Shown: positions 17,085-27,077 of the stretch, piece after piece | Layout of the letters: every line of letters starts with the position of its first letter | Position numbering within the stretch: position 1 is the first letter of the stretch | IMG/VR virus record: IMGVR_UViG_3300020056_001855 | Coordinates: 1 to 49,405 of that record | Length of the DNA stretch: 49,405 bases | Reading direction: 5' to 3' (one strand) | Origin: a virus | Taxonomy: Duplodnaviria; Caudoviricetes | The notes under the pieces: generated by a model | Told to the model about the DNA's origin: nothing | The model's input: only the letters and a program-made list of their open reading frames with translations | Databases searched by the model: none | Position numbers and translations under genes: made by a program

Positions 17085-18264
17085 AGAAAATTTCTGCATG
17101 GCACCATGGGTGCATATGAGTGTATGGCAAACTGGAGATGCATTTCCTTGTTGTATCTATGATTGGACTAAGAGTGTTGGAAACATAAACAGCAGAGGGT
17201 TTGCAGGCGTATGGAATAGCGAGGATATGAAGCAATTAAGATTGCGTATGCTCAATAACGAGGTTAGCGAAGGTTGTGCAAAATGTAATTGGTATGATAA
17301 ACAAGGAATTCTAAGTTATAGATACAAATTTAATAACGAATACGATCATCATTTAGACTTAGTACAGCAAACAAATTCAGATGGTAGTGTTGATAAATTA
17401 AACATAGCATATTTTGATGTGAGATTTAGTAATCTTTGCAATATGAAATGTAGAACGTGTGGTCCTCATTTTAGTAGCAAATGGGCAGAAGATACAGAGG
17501 GCAAACCTAAAATTGTAGAAATAAATCATCCACAGTTATGGAATGAAATTGACGAATTAATACCTAACATAGAAGAAATTTATTTTACAGGTGGAGAAAG
17601 CATGTTTATGGATCAACATTATAAATTATTAGACATGCTGATAAAAAATAATCAAAAACCTAAACTTACATATAACAGTAATGCAAGTAGGGTTGCACTT
17701 GGTAATAGACACATAAAACAATATTGGAAACATTTTGATAATATATTCTATGGTGTAAGTTTAGATCAAGTAGGAGTTAAGGCAGAATACACAAGACACG
17801 GACAGCCATGGAATAAAATATTTGATAACTTGTGTTACATAAGGGATAACTTTGATCAAGTCACTATACAACCTAATCCAACTATTAATGTTTTAAATAT
17901 ACTTGATTTAAGAGATATAATATTGTTTTTATTTGATAATAACCTAGCAACTGATTTTGACATCAACCTAAGCAATATATTGGTAGGTCCGCAATGGTTA
18001 AGCATTACAATTTTACCAGATGAAATAAAAGACAAAGCAAAACACAGTTTAGAACAATTAAAGATAGACTTAAATCAATACAACATGTATAATGAACGTA
18101 AGCAATTCTTGATTGATGGTATAGATAGTATTATTAATTATTTGTACAGCAGGAATGATCAAAATCTAATAAAAGAATTCAAAATAGAAATGACAAAAAT
18201 AGATAAAATTAGAAATGAAAATTTTGTAGAAGTTTTTCCAGAACTGGCGGTGTTATATGAATAA
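17077..18264 (+). CDS. radical SAM protein with N-terminal twitch domain
   Basis: FCMAPW..PCC..CAKC; CNMKCRTC; TGGES. Confidence 0.92.
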   Translation: MDKENFCMAPWVHMSVWQTGDAFPCCIYDWTKSVGNINSRGFAGVWNSEDMKQLRLRMLNNEVSEGCAKCNWYDKQGILSYRYKFNNEYDHHLDLVQQTNSDGSVDKLNIAYFDVRFSNLCNMKCRTCGPHFSSKWAEDTEGKPKIVEINHPQLWNEIDELIPNIEEIYFTGGESMFMDQHYKLLDMLIKNNQKPKLTYNSNASRVALGNRHIKQYWKHFDNIFYGVSLDQVGVKAEYTRHGQPWNKIFDNLCYIRDNFDQVTIQPNPTINVLNILDLRDIILFLFDNNLATDFDINLSNILVGPQWLSITILPDEIKDKAKHSLEQLKIDLNQYNMYNERKQFLIDGIDSIINYLYSRNDQNLIKEFKIEMTKIDKIRNENFVEVFPELAVLYE

Positions 18265-19453
18265 CAACAAAACTTTTTGTATGTTGCCTTGGACCCATAT
18301 GCACATGTGGCCAGCTGGAACTACATATGCGTGTTGTATGGCAGATCCAGATATGCCAATAGGAGATACACAAAAACAAAGTATACAGGAAATATGGAAC
18401 GGTCCTGAGATGCGTGAACTACGTATGAACATGCTGCAAGACAAACAAAGTGCCATGTGTAGACGTTGTTACGAACTTGAAGAAAGTGGAGTATGGACAC
18501 TTCGCAAAAGTGCAAACGAAAACTTTAAACATCATCAAAACAAAGTTGATAGCACAAGCGACGATGGCAGTGCAGGTGAAGTTAATTTAGCCTATATGGA
18601 TATACGATTCAGTAACTTGTGCAACTTAAAGTGTAGAAGTTGTGGTCCACAATTCAGTAGCAGTTGGTTTGAAGATCATAAGTTTCTTTACGGTAGTTTA
18701 CCACATGAAAAAATACTAAAAGTACGTGACGATATGTTAGACTTTATGGATGAACTTGATCCGTTGTTGCAAACTGTGGAGCGTGTATATTGGGCAGGCG
18801 GCGAACCTCTTATTACAGAAGAACATTATCGTATTTTAGACAAGTGGATTGCAATGGGTAAACGTGATGTAGTTATGGACTACACAACTAATTTTACACA
18901 AATGCGTTACAAAAAGAAAACAGCATTTGATTATTGGAATGCATTTGATGATGTGCGTGTAGCTGCAAGTTTAGATGCTAATCATGCTCGTGGTGAATAT
19001 TTGCGAAAAAATATGGATTGGAATGTAGTAGTACAAAACCGTCGTGATATGATAGAGCAGTGTCCACATGTGTATTTTGAAATAACCCCCACTGTAAGTG
19101 CTTATAACGTGCTTAACCTGCCAGATTTTCACAAAGAATGGATTGAAGAAGGATTATTACAACCACGTGCAATACGCATAAACATACTGCTTGATCCTAG
19201 CTATATGAGATTACAAATACTCAAACCGCATATGAAGGATCTTGTGAGAAAACGGTATGAAGAACACATAGACTATTTGAAACAATTTGATGATGTTGAT
19301 AGCGTAATCTCTGATTTCAAAAATGTAATAAATTTTTTAGACAAAGATCGTAGTAATGAAATACCAATGTTTTTATTTAAAACAGAACGTATTGATAAAA
19401 TACGCAATGAAAAATTGTTTGATGTATTTCCTGAATTAAAGGATTTACAATGA
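18257..19453 (+). CDS. radical SAM protein with N-terminal twitch domain
   Basis: FCMLPW..ACC..CRRC; CNLKCRSC; AGGEP. Confidence 0.92.
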   Translation: MNNNKTFCMLPWTHMHMWPAGTTYACCMADPDMPIGDTQKQSIQEIWNGPEMRELRMNMLQDKQSAMCRRCYELEESGVWTLRKSANENFKHHQNKVDSTSDDGSAGEVNLAYMDIRFSNLCNLKCRSCGPQFSSSWFEDHKFLYGSLPHEKILKVRDDMLDFMDELDPLLQTVERVYWAGGEPLITEEHYRILDKWIAMGKRDVVMDYTTNFTQMRYKKKTAFDYWNAFDDVRVAASLDANHARGEYLRKNMDWNVVVQNRRDMIEQCPHVYFEITPTVSAYNVLNLPDFHKEWIEEGLLQPRAIRINILLDPSYMRLQILKPHMKDLVRKRYEEHIDYLKQFDDVDSVISDFKNVINFLDKDRSNEIPMFLFKTERIDKIRNEKLFDVFPELKDLQ

Positions 19454-20085
19454 AAAAACTGTGGATATTTGGAGACAGTTTTGCAGACCCTGATTACAAT
19501 GCTGAAGGCGCTGAACACTATCAATGGTGTAAACGCCTAAATGAAAAGTATGATGTTACAAACATGGCAGTGTACGGCAGTGGACCGCAATGGAGTTTAA
19601 ATAATTTATTAAAAATGCTAGACAGTGCAGATAAAGATACCAATATACTTTTTATTGAAAGCACTGTTTATAGACTTGACTTAGCATGTTGGGAAAAGCC
19701 AAAGGCTCAAGTATCAATACACAAAATTGCAAAAGGCTACCAGAAGCATCCACATAGTGAGTTTTTAAAAGGCGTAGTCAAATATGTACTCACTGAAGAC
19801 TTTGAAAATGCTGAGCCATTAAAGATACTTTGTACTGTACAAAATTTGAGTAGATATGTTAACAAAATACTTTACTTGCCTGTGATAGAAGCACCATTTA
19901 GAAAGTATGGTATTAACAAAAAAGTAAAGAACTTTCATATGCCAGACTTTAGATTAATGGAAATGAGTGATGCTGAACCTGAATGTAAACGTCCTTGGCC
20001 CAATGGAGATATACGTTGTAATCATTTCAGCGAATACAATCACAATTTCATGTACAACCTAATAACGGATTATTTCAATGACTGA
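19450..20085 (+). CDS. SGNH/GDSL hydrolase-like protein
   Basis: IFGDSF, NMAVYGSG, RCNHFS. Confidence 0.7.
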   Translation: MKKLWIFGDSFADPDYNAEGAEHYQWCKRLNEKYDVTNMAVYGSGPQWSLNNLLKMLDSADKDTNILFIESTVYRLDLACWEKPKAQVSIHKIAKGYQKHPHSEFLKGVVKYVLTEDFENAEPLKILCTVQNLSRYVNKILYLPVIEAPFRKYGINKKVKNFHMPDFRLMEMSDAEPECKRPWPNGDIRCNHFSEYNHNFMYNLITDYFND

Positions 20086-21286
20086 TACATACTGCATTTA
20101 CCCATTTATAAATGTACACACCAACACCGATGGTAGATGTAAGTTGTGTTGTCATGTGTACAGCGAAGATTATGTACAAGCAGATGGACATGACGCTGTT
20201 TTAGGCAAAGACAGTTGGGAAAACATTTGGAACGGCGAGTACATGTTGAATGTACGTGCAAACATGTTAGCAGGCAAGCCTGTTAAAGAATGTGGTCGCT
20301 GCTACGAGCACGAAGCAAAAGGTATTGAAAGTAGTAGGCAATGGGCAAATAAGAATTACAAACAACCATTACTGCATAGCAATCCTACTCACCTGGAACT
20401 TAGGCTTGGTAATCACTGCAACTTGAAGTGTAATAGTTGTTGGAGTGTAAGCAGCGACAACATTTACAAAGAACGCAAAAAGATTATGAGCAAAGAGCTT
20501 TTGCCTACTTGGTTGCATGATCAATGGGCACACGAAATACGCAGCGTAGAAGAACATGATTGGCAGTGGTACGAAACACAAGAGTTCCGTGATTTTGTAG
20601 ATAAAGTAGCACCAACATTAGAACGCTTGTATATGACAGGCGGAGAACCTACACTTATCCAAGCCAATCGATATGTGTTGGACAAACTTGTTGAAGCAGG
20701 AAATCGCAAATGTCATGTTGCATGGACTACAAACATGACAACATGGCCAGAAGGCTTTTATGATAAACTGGATTTCTTTAATAGCAGCGAAGTGCAGATG
20801 AGCATTGACGGACATGGCGATCATAACATGTACATACGCTATCCAACTGACTGGAACAAGGTAGAAGAAAACTTTGCAAAAGCAATGACATTGCCAGAAA
20901 AGGTGCAACTTAAAATTTATTTCGTATACCAAGCATGGAACTTGTTTGATGTAGCACCGCTTATCAAATGGTTAGAAGATGCACAAACTAGACGTGTTGA
21001 CTTTGTGCCTATATTTCTTGAGCATCCAGATCAAATACACAGTTGCGTTTGGCCAGAAGAAATTAAACACAAAGCACTTGATGACTTAAGAATGTTAAAA
21101 ACTATTAGACATAAAGATCCTGTTCAAAGAATCATTAACTACACAGTTAATACAGATAAATATTCAGTTGAAAACATGAACAAGATGCGTCAGTTTATAG
21201 CAATAAATGACAAATACAGAAAACACAAGTTTGGTGATGTGTTTCCGTTTTTAGATTATGTATTGGAAACTTCATGCAAGATATAA
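20078..21286 (+). CDS. radical SAM protein with N-terminal twitch domain
   Basis: YCIYPF..LCC..CGRC; CNLKCNSC; TGGEP. Confidence 0.92.
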   Translation: MTDTYCIYPFINVHTNTDGRCKLCCHVYSEDYVQADGHDAVLGKDSWENIWNGEYMLNVRANMLAGKPVKECGRCYEHEAKGIESSRQWANKNYKQPLLHSNPTHLELRLGNHCNLKCNSCWSVSSDNIYKERKKIMSKELLPTWLHDQWAHEIRSVEEHDWQWYETQEFRDFVDKVAPTLERLYMTGGEPTLIQANRYVLDKLVEAGNRKCHVAWTTNMTTWPEGFYDKLDFFNSSEVQMSIDGHGDHNMYIRYPTDWNKVEENFAKAMTLPEKVQLKIYFVYQAWNLFDVAPLIKWLEDAQTRRVDFVPIFLEHPDQIHSCVWPEEIKHKALDDLRMLKTIRHKDPVQRIINYTVNTDKYSVENMNKMRQFIAINDKYRKHKFGDVFPFLDYVLETSCKI

Positions 21287-22263
21287 AGGCTATTATTCCA
21301 GCCAAAGACAAATGGGTAAGCCTAGTATGGCAAGTAAACGATTGGTGTAATTTTCGTTGTACCTATTGTAGTGAATGGAACTGGGCAGGACGCAACAAAA
21401 ACGATAGCGATATTGAAACCATTGTAAACACGTTGGAAACAATTATAAAAACGTATCAAGATAAAGGTTATCTTTACTTCAAATTGTATTTAAGCGGAGG
21501 CGAGCCTACATACTGGGCAGCGTTACTACCTGTTGTAAACAAGTTTAGAGAAATGGTAGAGTGGCCTGGTAGCAGTGTAGGTATTAACACAAATTTTAGT
21601 AGACCATTAAGCTGGTGGGAAGAGCATCATCATTTGTTTGAAGATGTTGTTGCAAGTTATCATCCCGAATGGACCAAAGAAGAAAAGTATATGCAGAATT
21701 ACAAGTTTCTACAGAATAAGAAAAATTATCTTTGCAGCCGTGTTATGATGCAAAAAGAAAATTTTCAACAATGTGTAGATTTTACCCAACGGATAAAAAA
21801 CGAGTGTGACAATTATATAATAGAATATGCACCTGTTTATGATGCGCTAAGACCAAGTACAGAGCCATATCATTATGATGATCCTGCACAGCTAGAGTTT
21901 ATAAAAAATCATACAACAGATAGACAACAAAAAATCGAAGTCAAAAAACTGCCAAACTATGCATGGGCCAAAGTTTGGTATGAAGATGACAGTGTTGAGC
22001 CTATTGATACAAATGCTATTATTGTAGAAGGGAAAAACTTTTTTGAAGGTTGGACCTGCAATATACACGAAAGTTTACACATACACCCTAACGGAAATAT
22101 TCAACAAGCCAGTTGCGGTGTAGGACCTATAGTAGGCAACATAGTGCGTGGAGAGTTTAACGAACTATTAACAGAAGGTATTGTGTGTCCAAAGCATCAC
22201 TGTCATTGCGCTGCTGACTTTAACATAAGCAAGGCAAGACCAGAATATGCACATAAAATATAA
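21274..22263 (+). CDS. radical SAM protein with C-terminal Cys-rich domain
   Basis: CNFRCTYC; SGGEP; GWTC..ASC..CPKHHCHCAAD. Confidence 0.9.
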   Translation: MQDIKAIIPAKDKWVSLVWQVNDWCNFRCTYCSEWNWAGRNKNDSDIETIVNTLETIIKTYQDKGYLYFKLYLSGGEPTYWAALLPVVNKFREMVEWPGSSVGINTNFSRPLSWWEEHHHLFEDVVASYHPEWTKEEKYMQNYKFLQNKKNYLCSRVMMQKENFQQCVDFTQRIKNECDNYIIEYAPVYDALRPSTEPYHYDDPAQLEFIKNHTTDRQQKIEVKKLPNYAWAKVWYEDDSVEPIDTNAIIVEGKNFFEGWTCNIHESLHIHPNGNIQQASCGVGPIVGNIVRGEFNELLTEGIVCPKHHCHCAADFNISKARPEYAHKI

Positions 22264-23602
22264 CAAGGATACATATTGTCATGCTGCAATGAGCAGTTAC
22301 AGTGTACACGGAAATGGCCGTGTTCGACCTTGTTGTATGAGTAAAGTATCTACAAACACATATATGCCCGGTACAGACTTTAGCAACTTTAAAAACACAG
22401 ACAGTTTTATGCTAGGAAAAACACTGCAAAAGTTTATAAATGATCCGGCACTTACAGATATACGTAAACAAATGATAAACGGCCAAAAGCCAGATGCTTG
22501 TAAAGAGTGTTGGAAGTTGGAAGAACGTGGTGTACAAAGTTTTAGACAAATACAAAACGAGTTATACAAAGATGATATACAAGATACACTCGCACTGCTT
22601 AATGACACAGGATATTTGGACGCAGCAGCAATCACTTACTTAGATTTAACACTAGGGAATGTGTGTAATCTTAAATGTCGCAGTTGCAATCCGTGGGCAA
22701 GTCACAGTTGGATTGAAGAAGGTCCTACTGTACCACACAGCGAATTTACAGAAACAACATACAAGGTTGCTGTAATGAGCAGTAAAAACCCTTGGTTTAT
22801 GACAGCGTTTTATGATGGTTACTTTGATGCTGTATTAAGCAGAGTTAAAGTTATAAATTTCTTAGGCGGTGAGCCGTTGGTAGTAAAGGAACACTACGAC
22901 TGGTTAGAACATATTGTTAACAACGATTGGGCTAAAAACATAAGTTTACAATACAACAGTAACGGCACTACAATACCTAAACGTGTATTAGAGTTGTGGA
23001 CACATTTCAAACACGTAACTGTTAGTTTGAGTTTAGATGCAATAGGAGACCTTGCTTACTATGTTCGCTTTCCTAGCAAATGGCATGTAGTACAAAAAAA
23101 TGTTGGCAAGTTAGCTACACATGCTAGAGAATATAAAAATCTAAATGTACAAACGCATATGACACTGAGTTGTTTGAACTTGCATGATTTACCAAACATG
23201 TTGGCATGGTGTAAGCAGCAGTACGATACATGGCATTATGTAGACAAAGAAACTTGGAATCACTATGGTTACATAAATCTGTTTCCACACTTTAACATTG
23301 TAGAAACACCTTACAACATGCATATACGTCACTTGCCTCAAGAACAAAAAGATCTTGCAGACGCTATGCTCACAGAACAGTATTTAAAATATCATGCAAC
23401 GGATATACCCGATTGGGAACATGCAAGTTTAGAAAACATCAAAGGTCTAAAAAATGTGTTAGGTCAAAATAGAAATGAAATAGAGTGGAAAAAGTTTTTG
23501 GAAAACACCAAAGTGAGTGATAACTATAGAGGTGTAAATATAGTTGACTATATTCCTTGGATGGAGAAATATAAGGATTTAATAGATGCAAAATTTAGTT
23601 AG
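22247..23602 (+). CDS. radical SAM protein with N-terminal twitch domain
   Basis: YCHAA..PCC..CKEC; CNLKCRSC; LGGEP. Confidence 0.92.
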   Translation: MHIKYNKDTYCHAAMSSYSVHGNGRVRPCCMSKVSTNTYMPGTDFSNFKNTDSFMLGKTLQKFINDPALTDIRKQMINGQKPDACKECWKLEERGVQSFRQIQNELYKDDIQDTLALLNDTGYLDAAAITYLDLTLGNVCNLKCRSCNPWASHSWIEEGPTVPHSEFTETTYKVAVMSSKNPWFMTAFYDGYFDAVLSRVKVINFLGGEPLVVKEHYDWLEHIVNNDWAKNISLQYNSNGTTIPKRVLELWTHFKHVTVSLSLDAIGDLAYYVRFPSKWHVVQKNVGKLATHAREYKNLNVQTHMTLSCLNLHDLPNMLAWCKQQYDTWHYVDKETWNHYGYINLFPHFNIVETPYNMHIRHLPQEQKDLADAMLTEQYLKYHATDIPDWEHASLENIKGLKNVLGQNRNEIEWKKFLENTKVSDNYRGVNIVDYIPWMEKYKDLIDAKFS

Positions 23603-24311
23603 TTTTGGTGATGGACATACGTTTGGTGCATTATTAGATAATGCAACATATTTTAATGAAATAAACAAGAGGCGTAGTTATGTAGGGTTGCTTGCTAGTC
23701 GTGCTGAATTGCAATTAATAAATTATGGCACAACGTTTCCAAGTAACAGAGGTATATATAGAGACGTTGTAAATCACATTACAGTTCCTGGAAATCCTGA
23801 AACTGATTTTTTGTTAATAAATTGGACACGTACCGATCGCTGCGAATTAAGATATGCAGATAATAGAGAAGAACACAGTGAATGGATGGGTCCTAGAGTA
23901 GATACTAGATACTATACAATAGGTCCAGAGACATTGCCGTGGGATATTAGCAAGGATGTTAGTAAGATTTTAAAGTTTAAAGATTATTTAATAAATTACA
24001 ATCAACATCTAGAAAGCATTGTAAATGATATCTATTGTTTACAAAAAACTTTAGATGCACTTGGATACAAATATTTGATGGTCAATAGTTTTAGGTGCTT
24101 ACCACATAGTGGAAGATTTAATAATATATTAGAAGAAATAGACAACATAAGATATTTTCATGCAAGAGAGAATGACAAAGCATTTAGAGAATGGGCTAGA
24201 TTAGGAAGCTTCTTTGAAACTCCTTGTGGGCATTTTAAATTTGATGCTCATAGTAGATATGCAAATATGCTTGGAGATTACGTTGAAGAATATGGGTTAA
24301 TACATGGATAA
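23586..24311 (+). CDS. SGNH-like protein lacking the catalytic Ser
   Basis: SFGDGH in place of GDSH; PSN; INWT..R; PCGHF. Confidence 0.6.
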   Translation: MQNLVSFGDGHTFGALLDNATYFNEINKRRSYVGLLASRAELQLINYGTTFPSNRGIYRDVVNHITVPGNPETDFLLINWTRTDRCELRYADNREEHSEWMGPRVDTRYYTIGPETLPWDISKDVSKILKFKDYLINYNQHLESIVNDIYCLQKTLDALGYKYLMVNSFRCLPHSGRFNNILEEIDNIRYFHARENDKAFREWARLGSFFETPCGHFKFDAHSRYANMLGDYVEEYGLIHG

Positions 24312-24993
24312 TATTAACCGAAATCTTATTAGCAAGGTTTTTTCATACAAAGAAAACGATTATAACCATCGTTATGGATTTGATGATGAAAAATATAACA
24401 ATACTAGACAACTTCAAACAGCAATATCAAATCAAAAAACTTTTTTGTTTAAGCATAATTTTAAAAGGGGAACACGGGTATATATTGACAGCAATAATGT
24501 TTGCTTTTGCTATCTAGCAATGTGTATAGTAATCGCAGAGCTTGGCTGGATTATTGATACAAAAGAAAATAGTGATATTGTTATTGGCAAAGACATTGAT
24601 ATAGAAGAGCTTTATGCTTATAAAAGTAAAGACAGTGTACTCACTCATAATCTAAGTCAAAAAAGGATGCGAAAAGAAACTCATCTATATAACAAATTAG
24701 ATCATGTAAATGCTATACGTATAGCACGAGATACAATGTACCAATACAAGGGTAATGCATTAATTATAAGCCATCCGAATATACAATATAATATACACAC
24801 AATTTTGTTGCCATTACTAATTAGTAATAATGTAAAACAAATTTCTGCTATAGGGGTCAACGATATTAATCTAGCAAAAGATAAAATTCAGTATATGATT
24901 ACACACCTTGGAACACAACAAATTTTTATACACAAAAATCATTTACCATACGTAGATATACCAAATGAAGTTAAAATATTTGATTATAGTTGA
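24304..24993 (+). CDS. hypothetical protein
   Basis: 229-aa ORF, last of the coupled array. Confidence 0.6.
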   Translation: MDNINRNLISKVFSYKENDYNHRYGFDDEKYNNTRQLQTAISNQKTFLFKHNFKRGTRVYIDSNNVCFCYLAMCIVIAELGWIIDTKENSDIVIGKDIDIEELYAYKSKDSVLTHNLSQKRMRKETHLYNKLDHVNAIRIARDTMYQYKGNALIISHPNIQYNIHTILLPLLISNNVKQISAIGVNDINLAKDKIQYMITHLGTQQIFIHKNHLPYVDIPNEVKIFDYS

Positions 24994-25018
24994 CTTTTTA
25001 AAAAAGTTCATATATAGT
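24990..25018 (+). promoter_or_regulatory. sigma70-like early promoter
   Basis: TTGACT-N17-TATAGT; GAGGAGG RBS downstream. Confidence 0.75.
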
Positions 25019-25043
25019 TATAAAATTAGTTGAGGAGGCATCT

Positions 25044-26231
25044 ATGGCACGAGCAAATAAAGCAGCAACAAAACCTAAGAAAAAAACAGTACGTCTTAAA
25101 CGTAGAGCAAGTCTATGGGAATTAATGCCTACTAACAAAGGTTGGCATGCTGCACATTATTATGTGCATTATGAAATTGAATCAAAGGATTGGTTAAATG
25201 TCTGCAAAAACTACATTAAGAAAAAGTACGACAAGAAAATTGTTAGTGCAATTAATAAGCTACCAGATTGGAAAGTTGGTGGGAAAAGTCATTATGCATG
25301 TGCGGCTTATTGTGAAGAACATCACCCGGAACTGATTCCAGACTTTTACGAAGGCAAGTTTGATAAATGGGTAATAGGATTAGCAGAAGAAGGTGCTAAA
25401 GTTGTAGAGCAAAAGAAAGCAGAAGAAAAAACAAAAAAGAATGCATATGTTCCTAGTATTCAAGAACGTATCCGTGATCAAGCACAAGCCGCATGTGAAG
25501 CAATTGATGATTGGGCAGACACTAAATTTGACAAAGATTTTGATATTAAAAGTTTTAATTTTACAAAGCATTTTATCAATTTTAAAATTACACAAGCACA
25601 CGCTCGTAAAATAAAAAGTTGGTACGTTGATGAATTACAGGAAGCATATACAGTTAGAGATATGCCTACGCCAGCGCAAATCAAGAAAATAAAAAATGAT
25701 CATGATCGAGATATGGCAGAACAATTGCGTGAAGGGTATGGTCATCTTAAAAAAGCTCAAATAAAATTATGGATTGATGTTTTAGAAGCAATTACTTCAG
25801 CATGTGATATGGTTATTGATAAAGCGAAAGCAACACGTAAACCAAGAGTCAAGAAAGCACCAAGTAAAGAAAAACTTGTTGCTAAAATTAAATATTGTAA
25901 AGAAGATAGTAAGTTATCATTGGTTAGTGCAAATCCTTTGGAAATACTTGATGCAAAAGAAGTTTGGGTATATAATGTAAAAACAAGGAAACTTGGAAAA
26001 TATGTAGCAGAAGAACATGCTACTATCCAAGTAAAAGGAACTACACTTCAGTTTTTTGACGAAAAAACTAGCATACAAAAAACTTTACGCAAGCCAGATG
26101 AAACACTAAAAGAATTTAAGAAAGCAGGCAAAGTTGCACTACGAAAGTTTATGGATGATATCAAAACTACTGATATTAAACTTAACGGGCGTTTAAACTC
26201 TGATACTATTATTCTAAAATGCGTACACTAA
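25044..26231 (+). CDS. basic hypothetical phage protein
   Basis: 395 aa, Lys-rich, strong RBS. Confidence 0.8.
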   Translation: MARANKAATKPKKKTVRLKRRASLWELMPTNKGWHAAHYYVHYEIESKDWLNVCKNYIKKKYDKKIVSAINKLPDWKVGGKSHYACAAYCEEHHPELIPDFYEGKFDKWVIGLAEEGAKVVEQKKAEEKTKKNAYVPSIQERIRDQAQAACEAIDDWADTKFDKDFDIKSFNFTKHFINFKITQAHARKIKSWYVDELQEAYTVRDMPTPAQIKKIKNDHDRDMAEQLREGYGHLKKAQIKLWIDVLEAITSACDMVIDKAKATRKPRVKKAPSKEKLVAKIKYCKEDSKLSLVSANPLEILDAKEVWVYNVKTRKLGKYVAEEHATIQVKGTTLQFFDEKTSIQKTLRKPDETLKEFKKAGKVALRKFMDDIKTTDIKLNGRLNSDTIILKCVH

Positions 26232-26234
26232 ATA
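26228..26234 (+). promoter_or_regulatory. late-like promoter core CTAAATA
   Basis: 4 nt before ATG 26239; no SD. Confidence 0.5.
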
Positions 26235-26238
26235 CATT

Positions 26239-26553
26239 ATGAAAAATTTTACACTTGAAGCATTGGAGCGTCAAGTATTGTTATGGAACAGAGCAGCAAT
26301 ACTGGCGCCCATTTTTTTTACTGGCCTGTTGATGGTAGCATACTTTTTCCAAGTATGTGATTTACGCACACTGTTCTTTATTGCTACTGGTATGTATTTT
26401 GCCACAGCAGTGATTTGGTGGTGGTGGACTATGAAAAGCATACACCTATTGGTTAAAACACTAACCAGTACCAAAGACGGTGTAGTTGAAGTAGCAGCAG
26501 AACTCAAAAGTATTCGAGAAGAACTAAGTGTTGACAATTTCCAAGATAAGTAG
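26239..26553 (+). CDS. two-TM membrane protein with C-terminal coiled coil
   Basis: Two hydrophobic segments, the second ending WWWW. Confidence 0.7.
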   Translation: MKNFTLEALERQVLLWNRAAILAPIFFTGLLMVAYFFQVCDLRTLFFIATGMYFATAVIWWWWTMKSIHLLVKTLTSTKDGVVEVAAELKSIREELSVDNFQDK

Positions 26554-26559
26554 TATATT
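26531..26559 (+). promoter_or_regulatory. sigma70-like early promoter of queD
   Basis: TTGACA-N17-TATATT. Confidence 0.8.
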
Positions 26560-26567
26560 ATTAGTAC

Positions 26568-26625
26568 AGTGGACTAGGTGTTCGACCCACTATAAACATT
26601 CCGCACACTCCAGTAGCCAAGGAGT
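26568..26625 (+). promoter_or_regulatory. candidate preQ1-I-like riboswitch / structured 5' UTR
   Basis: AGTGG/CCACT stem with a 14-nt loop, then ATAAA; second hairpin ACTCC/GGAGT covers the SD. Confidence 0.45.
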
Positions 26626-26630
26626 ATAAT

Positions 26631-27077
26631 ATGAGTTACTATAGCACAAAAACATATGGGCACAACATTGGATTGAGTGCCTGCTTTAGACAACCTAAAG
26701 CACATAGTCATTGCAGATTTTTACACGGATATAGTTTGCAGTTTAAGTTTACTTTTGAAGCCAGTGAACTTGATGAAAAGAACTGGGTAGTTGACTTTGG
26801 TGGATTAAAACCACTGAAGGCATGGCTTGAAGATACATTTGATCACAAAGTTGTTTTAGATAATGATGATCCACACATGGATACATTCAAGGACTTGGAA
26901 GCTAAAGGACTTGCTGAACTTACAATCCTTGATGGTGTAGGTGTAGAAAAGTTTGCTTATCACGCTTGGAAACAAGCAAACGAACTTGTAAGCGAAATGA
27001 CCAACGGTCGTTGTCGTTGTGTTGAAGTAGAATGTGCTGAGCACGGAGCGAATAGTGCAATCTACAAAGCCGACTAA
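26631..27077 (+). CDS. queD: 6-carboxy-5,6,7,8-tetrahydropterin synthase (QueD/PTPS family)
   Basis: HSHCRFLHGYS, WVVDFG, TFDHK, GVEKFA, EHGANSA. Confidence 0.88.
   Translation: MSYYSTKTYGHNIGLSACFRQPKAHSHCRFLHGYSLQFKFTFEASELDEKNWVVDFGGLKPLKAWLEDTFDHKVVLDNDDPHMDTFKDLEAKGLAELTILDGVGVEKFAYHAWKQANELVSEMTNGRCRCVEVECAEHGANSAIYKAD

Noticed and set aside
15897-24993. RiPP cluster with a precursor peptide
   Set aside because: No short precursor ORF or RRE/PqqD domain is evident in the array, and the genes overlap without gaps.
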